Source: Macrostomum hystrix
Lineage: Eukaryota; Animalia; Platyhelminthes
DNA: 64,000 bases
Direction of reading: 5' to 3'
Assembly (NCBI GenBank): GCA_950097015.1
Contig: CATNEN010000032.1
Coordinates: 186,001-250,000 of the forward strand
The notes under the pieces are model-generated. The model was given only the letters and a program-made list of their open reading frames with translations. It did no database searches and was not told the DNA's origin. The translations under genes and the position numbers were made by a program. Positions 32,401 through 44,562 of this stretch are shown piece after piece; within the stretch, counting starts at the first letter, position 1, and the number at the start of each line of letters is the position of its first letter.

Positions 32401-35400
32401 TTTTTCCAAGAAATTGCACGCATTGTTGTAAGTTTGTGTAATCAGTAGTTCGATTTTAAGAGAAAATATTATTTTCTAAGAAATCAGTTTTTGAAATATT
32501 AATATTTATATGTAAATTTTTGAAATGTAATTAAAGTAATTAAAAAATAAATTTTCTTCAAAAATTGACATGAATTTCTTGGAATCATTCGCTTTTCCTA
32601 GAAATAAATCATCTAACAATCTTGAAATTGCATTTCAACTCGCAGATCAAATGGACGGAAACACTCGGCTTCACTGGTCAAACTTCGCTAACAAATTTCG
32701 AGACTCATGTGCCATGGGTAAATGAATCTAAAATAAGCGCATATTTTTAATTAGCATATGAGTAAAATATGATTTCGTTTATCTGTAATTAATTTTTTTT
32801 CGCAGACTCAAACGGAATTCACCCTGCCAGACTTAAAACTAGGGACAACGTATCAAGTAATGGTGAGTATAAGATTATGCGTGTCTTATTTACTGGCTTA
32901 CTGAACATCATTAAAGCAATAAGTCACCTGACCAGATGAATCACCAAATGAATAATTAATTATCTGCCAGGTGTGGGCCATCGCGCACTACGACGAACTG
33001 CTGCAGCTGAGCTCGAGAGAGGCGTCAATCTTTGTGGCGACGATGCGGCTACCGCCAGCGCTGAACGAACCGTCCCAAGGAACGACAGGTAAGATTGCGC
33101 AAAATTTTCTGTAACACCTGCACTATGGCGTGACATACATTTTTCCTTGCATTTAAATATACATTAGAGACATTAGGATTAACATATAGAAGCACACCAG
33201 GATGCAAAGTCGAATGTACATTTGGATGCGTGTTCGGATGTGCTTTAGGATGTAAATTAAGATGTACATTAATATGTACATAGGGATGTACATTCAGATC
33301 AAACAATATGATGTACATTAAATGTACACAAGATAACCACTATGCACATTGCAATATGTACATTAAAATGTACACTTATGTCAAATTCAAATGAATATAT
33401 TGCATGTGTACATTTAAGAGTACATTTTTGCAACACTCCGGTGTACAATAAAACCATATGTACAATGCAATCTAATATACTAAAAATGAAAATCTTGCTT
33501 GCTTGCTTGCAATCGACTAGCTCCCGAACGGCTCAACCGATTTTCAAAATTCCTTCGCCAAAAGATCACAAATGGGCCGGAATCGGTACACGTAATTTTA
33601 TTAAGCTTAATTCCATTGGCAAGGGGATTAAATATTCGAAAAACAGTTTTAAATAGGCTTTTCTAATGCATTCTTGTTTTCAGCTTGTGCACAGTGAGGC
33701 CTCCAGTGCCAATTTTAATGATTGCATCAGAGCCAGTTTTGATAACGCACGCGCGTACTGATAAGAACTCACAGGGAGGCTACCCAGAGGGTAGCGAAGG
33801 CAGCTAGTCCACTATACTAAAAATGAAATGGTTGGTTGGTTGGTTGGTTGGTTGGTTGGTTGTAATTGATTTTCTCCCGAACGGCTCAACCGATTTTCAC
33901 CATTTCTTCACCAAAAGATGCCAAATATGGGGACAATTATACACGTATTTTTATTAAGCTTAACTTTATTGCTAAAGGGATTAAATATTCGAAAAACATG
34001 ATTTTTCAAAGGTCAAACCATCTTGGCCTATTGAGAATTTTACTCACTGCCGCTGAATTAGAATTGCATCGTCAAATTGCGCAACAACCCCTAGCTGATT
34101 GAATTTGAAGCCTGCACTCTGGAGACAAATGGGAAATAAATGTACACAACCAACCGCGAGACTGAGTGTACTCTATTTTCTTACTTCATTGTACAAAGCC
34201 AGAACTTTGAGAATTCATTTTATAAGGCTGATTTTTGCACCCACTAACCAACAGTCGGAATAGCCGATGTGTAGGCACTAGGAATAGGTTAGGCTAGGCT
34301 AGGGTTCGATTCTGCACTGCGTCAAATCATTTAGACTAATTTTCAGCCAGTAGTGATTGAAGATTTTTTTAATTTATTTTTTTCATTTCGTAAATAAAAT
34401 ATCATAAATCATAGCACACCGGCTAAAACAGAGTTTGAATCATGGCTAAACCAGAGTCTGAATCATGGCTAAACCAGAGTCTGAATCATGGCTAAACCAG
34501 AGTCTGAATCATGGCTAAACAAGAGTCTGAATCATGGCTAAACCAGAGTCTGAATCATGGCTAAACCAGAGTCTGAATCATGGCTAAACCAGAGTCTGAA
34601 TCATGGCTAAACCAGAGTCTGAATCATGGCTAAACCAGAGTCTGAATCATGGCTAAACCAGAGTCTGAATCATGGCTAAACCAGAGTCTGAATCAAGGCT
34701 AAACCAGAGTCTGGATCATGGCTAAACCAGAGTCTGAATCATGGCTACACCAGAGTCTGAATCATGGCTAAACCAGAGTCTGAATCATGGCTAAACCAGA
34801 GTCTGAATCATGGCTACACCAGAGTCTGAATCATAGCTAAACCAGAGTCTGAATCATGGCTAAACCAGAGTCAGAATCATGGCTAAACCAGAGTCAGAAT
34901 CATGGCTAAACCAGAGTCTGAATCATGGCTAAACCAGAGTCAGAATCATGGCTACACCAGAGTCTGAATCATGGCTAAACCAGAGTCTGAATCATGGCTA
35001 CACCAGAGTCTGAATCATAGCTAAACCAGAGTCTGAATCATAGCTAAACCAGAGTCTGAATCATGGCTAAACCAGAGTCAGAATCATGGCTAAACCAGAG
35101 TCTGAATCATGGCTAAACCAGAGTTTGAATCATAGCTAAACCAGCGTCTGAATCATGGCTAAACCAGAGTTTGAATCATAGCTAAACCAGCGTCTGAATC
35201 ATGGCTAAACTAGATTCTGAATCATGGCTAAACCAGAGTTTGAATCATGGCTAACCCAGCGTTTGAATCATTGCTAAACCAGAGTTTAAATCATAGCTAA
35301 ACCAGCGTCTGAATCATGGCTAAACCAGAGTTTGAATCATAGCTAAACCAGCGTCTGAATCATGGCTAAACTAGATTCTGAATCATGGCTAAACCAGAGT

Positions 35401-38400
35401 TTGAATCATGGCTAAACCAGAGTTTGAATCATGGCTAACCCAGCGTTTGAATCATTGCTAAACCAGAACTGGTGGATAATCGTCAACTGGGGGATCATGG
35501 TAAACTGGGGGATAATTGTCAACTGGGGGATCATTGTCAACTGGAGGATCATTGGCAACTGGGGGATAATTGTCAACTGGGGGATAATTGTCACGGGGAA
35601 ACATCACCAAATGCGGGATCATAATCAACTAGGGGATCATTGTCAACTAGGGGATCATGTTCAACTGGGGGAACATTGTCAACTGGGATCACCATCAATG
35701 GGGGATCATAGTCAACTGAGAGATATTTGTCGACTGGGGGATAATCGTCAACTGGGGGATCATGGTCAACTGGAGGATCATTGTCAACGGGGGGATAATT
35801 GTCAACTGGGGGATAATTGTCAACTGGGGGATCATTGTCAACTGGAGGATCATTGGCAACTGGGGGATAATTGTCAACTGGGGGATAATTGTCACGGGGA
35901 AACATCACCAAATGCGGGATCATAATCAACTAGGGGATCATTGTCAACTAGGGGATCATGTTCAACTGGGGGAACATTGTCAACTGGGATCACCATCAAT
36001 GGGGGATCATAGTCAACTGAGAGATAATTGTCGAGTGGGGGATAATCGTCAACTGGGGGATCATGGTCAACTGGAGGATCATTGTCAACGGGGGGATAAT
36101 TGTCAACTGGGGGATAATTGTCAACTGGGGAGTCATCATCAAATGCGGGATCATGGTTAACTGGGGGATAATTGTCAACTGGGGGATCATTGTCAACTGG
36201 GAGATCATTGTCAATGTCAACTGGGGGATCATTGTCAACTGGGGATCATTGTCAACTGGGGGTTTATCATCACCCGGAGGATCATTGTGAACTGGGGGGA
36301 TCATTGTCAACTTGTTGATCATCATCAACTGGGGGATCATTGTCAACTGTGGGAACATTGTCAACTGGGGGAACGTTGTCAACTGGAGATTATCATCAAT
36401 GGGGAGTCATCATTAACTGGGGGATCATTGTCAACTGCGTGATCATCATCAATTGGGGGATTATTGTCAACTCGGGGATCATTGTCAGCTGTGGGAACAT
36501 TGTCAACTGGGGATCATCATCAATGGGGAGTCATCATTAACTGGGGGATCATTGTCAACTGCGTGATCATCATCAATTGAGGGATTATTGTCAACTGGGG
36601 GATCATAATCAACTGCGTGATCATCATCAATTGGGGGATTATTGTCAACGGGGGGATCATTGTCAACTGGGGGATCATTGTCAACTGGGGGATTATTGTC
36701 AACTGGGGGATCTTTATCAACTGGGGGATCATTGTCAACTGATCATTGTAGCGTAAAAAGGCTGAAAATGCAGCTGCTAAAAAGTGTATACTGGACGAAA
36801 TCAAAATATTTCTGCTCCCCGAAGGGGGGCAAAACTTGCTAGTAATAACCTGAAATTGAAACCCAATTTCATAACACCACGGAAAAGCAAGCAAAAGTCC
36901 AATCAGTTGAGTTTAATTTACATAAAAATTTGCTGAAATCTGAACTCCACACTAAAACAGCGCGCAATTTATACGGGCTTAAATGAGGACCAGCAACTGC
37001 CTGCACTGTTGAGTTAAAAATGCATCAATTATTCATGAACCGCCATTGAAATGCAGACATGATTAGGAGCGATGGATGAGAATGAGCTCATATTCAACAG
37101 TGTGCACTTGAACAATTTTTTCAGGCCTCAATCAGCAGCAGGCAGCAGCGGGTCGCCAGTGCAGCTGCTTGAGTCCACCAGACACGCCAATTTCTGCTCA
37201 GACTCCAGTCTGGGAGGCCGGCGATCTCAGGATGTCACTCAGATGGCCCAGCAGAGTCACGGGTGAGTTCGTTTAGCGTCTCACAGGAGTTAAGAACGGA
37301 CATTGAAGCGTTTCACTGTATCCTGAAGCCTCTGTTCCTCTGTTGTGTAACTGTCCGAAAACATTAAATACCTTTCGCTCCCTCCGAGTTGCCAGGCTGT
37401 CCTGAGGCACTCGCTGTGTTAAACAAATGTCCTTCGAGGCATAACAGTTAGACGTTATGAAACGTGTGCCGACAGACCCGCAGGGCAAATACGCAATGCA
37501 CCTGAATCCCCAAACACCTGCCCAATATAGCTTCTCTCACCCATCTCATCCCTGTGTTTTCTCTCTCTCCCTATCTCATCTCTCCCGTGTCTCATCTCTC
37601 CAATGTCTCATCTCTACCATGTCTCATCTCTACCCTGTCTCATCTTTCCAGTGTCTAATCTCTCCCGTGTCTTATCTCTCCCATGTCTCATCTCTCCCAT
37701 TTCTCATCTCTACCCTGTCTCATCTTTCCAGTGTATAATCTCTCCCGTGTCTCATCTGTCCCGTGTCTCCTCTGTCCCGTGTCTCATCTCTCCCGTGTCT
37801 CATCTCTCCCGTGTCTCATCTCTCCCGTGTCTCATCTTTCCAGTGTCTAATCTCTCCCGTGTCTCATCTTTCCAGTGTCTAATCTCTCCCGTGTCTCATC
37901 TTTCCAGTGTCTAATCTCTCCCGTGTCTCATCTGTCCCGTGTCTCATCTGTCCCGTGTCTCATCTCTCCCGTGTCTCATCTGTCCCGTGTCTCATCTCTC
38001 CCGTGTCTCATCTTTCCAGTGTCTAATCTCTCCCGTGTCTCATCTTTCCAGTGTCTCATCTTTCCAGTGTCTAATCTCTCCCGTGTCTCATCTGTCCCGT
38101 GTCTCATCTGTCCCGTGTCTCATCTGTCCCGTGTCTTAAGTCTCTCTTGTAATTTCGTATTCTCTAGGATTGTCTCCAACGGCCCTCGAGGCATTTCTGC
38201 TTGCCGAACGAAGGCAAAGTCTCCAGCTGTTCCTATAAGAATTCAGACAGCCCGTGAATCAGATTCCATATAAATTTGAAATTGGCGATTCGCTTAGAAG
38301 CCCCCTGTAGACAAGCTCGGCAGGTAAACAACATTATACGGGCTATTTTACGAACACTTTTTTCACATATATTATTAGGCGATGTTGCCTTGCAGACATT

Positions 38401-41332
38401 TGTGACTCATTCGCAATCGGTGGCGGCCATGCTGAAATGCATTAAATTTACTTCAAACAGAGCTGATGTGCGAAACACTGGATTGCGAATGCGGGAGGAT
38501 CACTGTTCTTAAAAAAATATCAAGGGATTAATCCCCTGTTCCGCCCACACCGCATTGTCCATGCTCCCACATAGCTCCCATATGTGCAATGGGGGATTTG
38601 GGAATAAAACGTTTTCAATATTATAGGTGCGAATGTTTTGACAGCCCACATGGCGGCCATAATCCCGAACCCCTTCAAACGGTTCCTCTTCGAGTTTTTG
38701 GTCCGTCGAGGCGGAACAAAGACTATATACTGACCGGCCTAGTAGACAAAGAGCAAATTAAACTGCAAGCTGACGTATCTCTCAGCTGTGGGGGCAGATA
38801 GCTCATTAGATAAGAGATCTGATTGGCAATCCGCTCACTCCAAGTTTTAATTGTCGCACCTCAATAGGCAGTTCAGAGGGAAATCGATCGTTCAAAAATT
38901 GCTGGCTGGCAGATATGTAAACATCACTATAATCGATATCTATTTTAATTCGAGCATTCTAGTTGTAATTCAGGACTTCAGCTGTGTCTAGTGATTTATT
39001 GCCTATCTGATTTTTAGTTTCTGTTTTTGCCGAGTGTCGGTCAAAATCTCCCACACACAGAACACGCACAATCTGGTAGAGTTGCATAACACACAGAAGT
39101 CAACTAGGAAGCATTTATATGGCCCCAGCAGTAGACTAGTTGCTGGGTAAACAATGCACTAGTCATCCTCATTGCTTCATAAAAATGCCGAGAAATAGCT
39201 GTCGATAAAAGGGGTGGGGCATAATGAGGCCTATATTGTAGGGCTGCAATCGGAAGCAAAGCGATCTATAATCGACATGAGCGAAGGTCCCAATATACCA
39301 TTACCAGCAAAATTATGTGAAATCTGTACATATTCTTTCCCCCTAGGCGCCGACTCGAGGCCCATTTACATTAGCTCGCACATTGTCAAGTGGACCCAGC
39401 GGGTCTGCATTGAGTCCATTGTGACGGATCCGACCACCAACGAGGCCGTGGTTCACGTGAGTTTAAATAATAATGATAAAACTCTCATGTAGCCTACTGA
39501 TAGTAGATCAATTGGAATGTTCAAAGAGTGGACAATAATTCAATATATTATCATATTCCTTTCAAGAATAATCCAAGCTTCACCCTGACCGGCCTCCGAT
39601 TCCACTGCCACTATTCGCTGCAAGTCCGAGGCCTCACGGAGACTGGCGACGTTGCTCTGACCTGGAACACCTGCTTCTGCACCGGCAGCTGCAGTCAGAC
39701 TCCGGTGAAGGGCGGCAGCATGCCGCAGTGCCCGAAGGATGGTGAGCAATCTGTCTGAAAGGAAATCGCTTTTAATTCTCATCTCTCCCCTGTCTAATCT
39801 CTCCCCTGTCTAATCTCTCCCCTGTCTAATCTCTCCCCTGTCTAATCTCTCCCCTGTCTAATCTCTCCCCTGTCTAATCTCTCCCCTGTCTAATCTCTCC
39901 GCTGTCTAATCTCTCCCCTGTCTAATCTCTCCCCTGTCTAATCTCTCCCCTGTCTAATCTCTCCCCTGTCTAATCTCACCCCTGTCTAATCTCTCCCCTG
40001 TCTAATCTCTCCCCTGTCTAATCTCTCCCCTGTCTAATATCTCCCCTGTCTAATCTCTCCCCTGTCTAATCTCTCCCCTGTCTAATCTCTCCCCTGTCTA
40101 ATCTCTCCCCTGTCTAATCTCTCCCCTGTCTAATCTCTCCCCTGTCTAATCTCTCCCCTGTCTAATCTCTCCCCTGTCTAATCTCTCCCCTGTCTAATCT
40201 CTCCCCTGTCTAATCTCTCCCCTGTCTAATCTCTCCCCTGTCTAATCTCTCCCCTGTCTAATCTCTCCCCTGTCTAATCTCTCCCCTGTCTAATCTCTCC
40301 CCTGTCTAATCTCTCCCCTGTCTAATCTCTCCCCTGTCTAATCTCTCCCCTGTCTAATCTCTCCCCTGTCTAATCTCTCCCCTGTCTTAACTCTCCCATG
40401 CCTCATCTCTCCCATGCCTCATCTCTCCCATGCCTCATCTCTCAGCCTGCCTCCCCTGAGAGATGAGACTGTCTGTCACTTTCAGTGTTTACTTAAACTA
40501 CAATTATATCAACTGGGAATGTCACAGCCCTGTGTGAAGAGCCCTGTAGTCCCTACTAAGCTATCCGGAGTTAGAATTTTAGACCAATGAACACTGTGCC
40601 GCCACTGGCTGTACACCTGGCTCAACAGAAAAGTACACGCAGTTCTCGTGCTAGCTAGGCTATTTTTAAAGAATGTGGCTAAAACAGTCCATTCCGTCCA
40701 TCCCTGCCCGCCAATCAGAAGAGCCGCAGCCTCCGGGCTCGGTGCAGATCGGCGTCCTGCGCTGGGAGCCACAGCACCAGCAGCCACAGTACCTGCAGCA
40801 GCAGCAGCAGCAGCAGGGACGGCAGCCAGTCGATAAGCAACAACAGCAGCGGCATTTCGCCGCCAGGCTCACCTGGAAGTCGCCATTGTCGCCAACTGCC
40901 GACGCTGTCCGCGGCTACCGGGTCACCTGGGCGCCGCGCGTCTTCGAGGACGTCAATCCGGCTGCGTACGGCTTCAAATCCGGCATGCGGCCGCGCATGG
41001 ACACTGCGGAATTGGACACCCGGGTCCTGGACGCCAGCCAGAGTGAATGCCTTCTGCCCAACCTGCGCCCGGGTCTGCTCTACATTGTCCGCCTGCAGGC
41101 CATCACTGACTTCGGTGACAGCCGTCCGTACACGCTGCGCTTTGTCACTCCCACTGAATCGCAATCTGTCGCTGGCTGGCAGCAGCAGCAGCAGCAGCAG
41201 TTTGACTCGGAGGATTCACTGCAAAAGTACATCCACCTGACGGCCAGTCCCTCAGCTTCCGCCATCGGTTGGCGCGGTGTACTTTTGTGCCTCTGCGCCA
41301 CCCTGGCTGCCAGAATCTGCAGCCTCTTATAA
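21001..41332 (+). CDS. ANOS1: Anosmin-1/KAL-1 homolog (signal peptide, Cys box, WAP, 4 FnIII, hydrophobic C-tail), about 791 aa; exons 21001-21156, 25634-25756, 29737-29808, 30186-30453, 31247-31719, 32646-32717, 32806-32862, 32971-33088, 37125-37262, 39347-39456, 39567-39741, 40719-41332
   Basis: All 11 junctions are GT-AG and phase-compatible. Features: N-terminal hydrophobic signal, Cys box CSHTC...CQAFCQ...CQSSC, 8-Cys WAP (QGHCP...CSG..KCC...CG...C), FnIII motifs PGRWYQFRLAAVS, LTGLRFHCHYSLQVR and LPNLRPGLLYIVRLQA. Confidence 0.9.
21245..22165. repeat. 20-bp minisatellite GATAGAGACTGTCGGGGATT (ANOS1 intron 1)
   Basis: Direct reading. Confidence 0.96.
24035..24368. repeat. 14-bp minisatellite GACAGAGGGAGAGT (ANOS1 intron 1)
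   Basis: Direct reading. Confidence 0.96.
25443..25608. repeat. 20-bp minisatellite ATAACAGTGAACACCAGTTC, about 8 copies
   Basis: Direct reading; ends about 25 nt before ANOS1 exon 2. Confidence 0.95.
25775..26400. repeat. 22-bp purine-rich minisatellite GAGATGGGAGAGGGAAAGAGGA (ANOS1 intron 2)
   Basis: Direct reading. Confidence 0.95.
26924..26957 (+). repeat. Interstitial telomeric repeat (TTAGGG)5-6
   Basis: TAGGGTTAGGGTTAGGGTTAGGGTTAGGGTTAGG read directly. Confidence 0.9.
27290..27755. repeat. 24-bp minisatellite TTCAGTGTCTGTAGTGTGATATTC
   Basis: Direct reading. Confidence 0.96.
29841..30109 (+). mobile_element. tRNA-derived SINE family 2 (in ANOS1 intron 3)
   Basis: A box GTGGCAGAGCGG (29848), B box GAGTTCGATTCC (29893), body GTGCAATTTACGCC.TTGAGGGCCAACCTCCAAGGCAC shared with the 53700 copy, 3' hairpin and (TTA)n tail. 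Confidence 0.75.
30470..31190. repeat. 17-bp minisatellite GGGAGATGGGATCAACT switching to CAAGAGATGGGATCAAT (ANOS1 intron 4)
   Basis: Direct reading; variant switch near 30960. Confidence 0.96.
31745..31940. repeat. 18-bp minisatellite GACCCACTGATCCCCTCT (ANOS1 intron 5)
   Basis: Direct reading. Confidence 0.9.
33471..33807 (+). mobile_element. Non-autonomous Helitron (copy 1)
   Basis: Sits between A and T, starts TC(TAATATACTAAAAATG), carries a (CTTG)3 microsatellite and CTCCCGAACGGCTCAACCGATTTTCA, and ends with hairpin GCTACCC-AGA-GGGTAGC (33779-33795) followed 8 nt later by CTAG. Confidence 0.8.
33808..34281 (+). mobile_element. Related non-autonomous Helitron (copy 2), head-to-tail with copy 1
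   Basis: Starts TCCACTATACTAAAAATG, carries (TTGG)n, and is homologous to copy 1 over about 190 bp. The proposed 3' end (weak TCGG/CCGA hairpin plus CTAG at 34278-34281) is uncertain. Confidence 0.6.
34430..35465. repeat. 23-bp minisatellite GAATCATGGCTAAACCAGAGTCT, about 45 copies
   Basis: Direct reading. Confidence 0.97.
35470..36740. repeat. 18-bp minisatellite GGGGGATCATTGTCAACT with an about 301-bp higher-order duplication
   Basis: Direct reading; the marker block ACGGGGAAACATCACCAAATGCGGG recurs about 301 bp apart. Confidence 0.93.
37540..38135. repeat. 16-bp minisatellite TCTCATCTCTCCCGTG / TCTCATCTTTCCAGTG (ANOS1 intron 9)
   Basis: Direct reading. Confidence 0.95.
39778..40445. repeat. 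16-bp minisatellite TCTAATCTCTCCCCTG, highly homogeneous (ANOS1 intron 11)
   Basis: Direct reading. Confidence 0.97.
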
Positions 41333-42329
41333 TCCCATCTCCTTTTACCCCTGGAATTCTAAACCAAGCTATCGGCATTTATTACAATCGTTGGTCACTT
41401 GGAATAACTTGATTGAGCACACTTTAAAATGTTTCACTTTGTGTTCTCATGCGCAAACATTGCAGAAAATTTGATACAAAATGTCCGCTTCTTTGACCAA
41501 CAAAAAGTTTTGATTTCGATGAAATTTCTGGGCATTCAAACTGTGATCAGAAATCCTATCTGCCCTCAAATTATTGTCTTCGTTGCCTCCGTTGCTCAGC
41601 AGTAGAACTCGCAAGCAAACCTACCTGAGGCGATCGCATTGAGAACATGAGAATAGTGCTGTGTGTTCTTGACAATATATTAGCACAGTGTGAATATATG
41701 GCGTTCTTGCTCATTTGTACATTTTTGCTAAAAAAACCTGCGTTCTTTTAAGCTCTCGACTGCATGCTTTTAATGATTATTGCGTATAACTGCTGTTCAA
41801 TTTTCCAATGGAACATTATTGTCGAAATTGTCATTAAAAAACTGTGCAACTGGAGCCTGTCTCCAACTAATGCAAATAAATAAAAAGTAAATTACCGTTT
41901 TGGCGCAAGCAAAATGTGCCACTTGCTTTCTGGCATATTAAAAGCTAAGCAAGAATTTTTTTTCCAAAAAAAACATTTTCGGAAAGCTTTAGAAATAAAA
42001 TGGCCTGTGCGAATAAAAAATGACAGTACTGACGTATAAAGTGTTGGTCACTTTTAAATTGCTCTAAACAATAGAACATATAAAAAACAAATTTTCTATG
42101 GCTTTAACCGATAAAAATTCATGACGTTAATGATACGACTTCATGGAAGACAGAATATAATTATTTTCTATCCTATTCTTTCCTCAATGTACGAATATGA
42201 AAAGCAACCAACAATTGGATTGTCAATATACTCTTTGGTAGAGGTCTTTCGGGTATAGACTTCTGTCCCAGAAGACACACCCCACTTTTTCTGTCACCCC
42301 ATCACATATTTTCTGTCACTCCCACCACT

Positions 42330-43615
42330 TCTCTTCTGTGACTCCCACACCACCTATCTGTCACTCTCATACCATCTCTTCAGTTCCTCTCACACCATCT
42401 CTTCAGTTCCTCTCACTCCATCTCTTCAGTTCCTCTCACACCATCTCTTCAGTTCCTCTCACACCATCTCTTCTGCACTTCCTCTCACACCATCTCTTCA
42501 GTTCCTCTCACACCATCTCTTCAGTTCCTCTAACCCTATCTTTCCAGTTCCTCTCACACCATCTCTCCAGTTCCTCTCACCCCATCTCTTCAGTTCTTCA
42601 CACACCATCTCTTCAGTTCCTCTCACACCATCTCTTCAGTTCCTCTCACACCATCTCTTCAGTTCCTCTCACACCATCTCTCCAGTTCCTCTCACACCAT
42701 TTCTCCAGTTCCTCTCACACCATCTCTCCAGTTCCTCTCACCCCATCTCTTCAGTTCCTCTCACCCATCTCTCCAGTTCCTCTCACACCATCTCTCCAGT
42801 TCCTCTCACACCATCTCTTCAGTTCCTCTCACTCCATCTCTTCAGTTCCTCTCACACCATTTCTCCAGTTCCTCTCACACCATCTCTTCAGTTCCTCTCA
42901 CACCATCTCTTCAGTTCCTCTCACACCATCTCTTCAGTTCCTCTCACACCATCTCTTCAGTTCCTCTCACACCATCTCTTCAGTTCCTCTCACTCCATCT
43001 CTTCAGTTCCTCTCACACCATCTCTCCAGTTCCTCTCACCCCATCTCTTCAGTTCCTCTCACCCCATCTCTCCAGTTCCTCTCACACCATCTCTTCAGTT
43101 CCTCTCACACCATCTCTTCAGTTCCTCTCACCCCATCTCTCCAGTTCCTCTCACACCATCTCTCCAGTTCCTCTCACACCATCTCTTCAGTTCCTCTCAC
43201 TCCATCTCTTCAGTTCCTCTCACACCATTTCTCCAGTTCCTCTCACACCATCTCTCCAGTTCCTCTCACCCCATCTCTCCAGTTCCTCTCACCCCATCTC
43301 TTCAGTTCCTCTCACCCCATCTCTTCAGTTCCTCTCACCCCATCTCTCCAGTTCCTCTCACACCATCTCTTCAGTTCCTCTCACCCCATCTCTTCAGTTC
43401 CTCTCACTCCATCTCTTCAGTTCCTCTCACCCCATCTCTTCAGTTCCTCTCACACCATCTCTTCAGTTCCTCTCACACCATCTCTTCAGTTCCTCACACT
43501 CCATCTCTTCAGTTCCTCTCACACCATCTCTTCAGTTCCTCTCACACCATTTCTTCAGTTCCTCTCACACCATCTCTTCAGTTCCTCTCACCCCATTTCT
43601 TCAGTTCCTCTCACA
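42330..43615. repeat. 23-bp minisatellite CTCTCACACCATCTCTTCAGTTC between the convergent ANOS1 and CCT7 3' ends
   Basis: Direct reading; explains ORF 42338..43816. Confidence 0.96.
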
Positions 43616-44562
43616 GTTATCTGTAACGGTATAAGTACGAGTATGAACTCTTCGGCCGATCTGAAAGCCACAATGTGTGACCAAGGACTACTTAACTTAT
43701 ATATGCAGTTCCTAGTGGTCCTTGTGTGTGGACCAGAATCTCACGGACGAGAAGATCAAGGAGATAACGCGCTTAGTAGCCGATCTATTGGGGACGGCGT
43801 GATCGACTTTGATTAATTCGTTTTACGGATGCAACAGTGAACTGGTAATATAGTAAGCTAAATCTACCCAACTCAAAAGCCATCCAGCTCTACCCAAGTT
43901 CTGCCCCTAGCCATAAAGGAACTAAGCAGTGCCATAAAATCTAGCCAAAATGAGTAAGTCGGTAGATGGAAAGCAGCCAGCATACAGACAAGTGTTTCAA
44001 TCCACTCTGGGCGATCCGGCCTTCGGTGCCAATAACCAAAACTGGCCAATAAGCCTACAGTGAGCTGTCCAACACTAATCAGCAGGTTTCATGTCTGATT
44101 TATTATTTATTTCATTTTTTTTCAATCGCAGTAGCTCATGCAGTCAAGTCTATCGGAATAACAATGCTTAGTTTTAGTTTCGTAGAAAAAGCGGGCGGTG
44201 CAAAAGGGTTGGAAACACGGCAGAGGCTGGGATACAGGCCTATTGTATTGTAACTGTTTCTTTTCAATCTTGTTATTCAGAAGCAGCTGAAGCTTGTAGG
44301 AAGTAAAAGGAATCCTAAACTAAGTAGACGGGAGAGTGAGACAGAATTTCAACAATAACAAATGGCAACCGCTTGCGATGCTGCGAAAGCAGAAGCGAAG
44401 AAGAAACAGAAAAACAGAAATATAAAAAGCACAAGGTTTATTACCCACAAAGACGAACGAAGCCCTAATCCCAAACTGGGAAGTTTAGTTTAAAGTCTGG
44501 TTAGTAGAAAAGCAAATTATTCCCCTACGAGTTTGTCAGATCCAAAGCTCAAGGTCAGCAGC

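Noticed and set aside
43623-43837. Possible solo LTR starting TGTAACGG
   Set aside because: No matching inverted end or TSD, and no second copy in the window.
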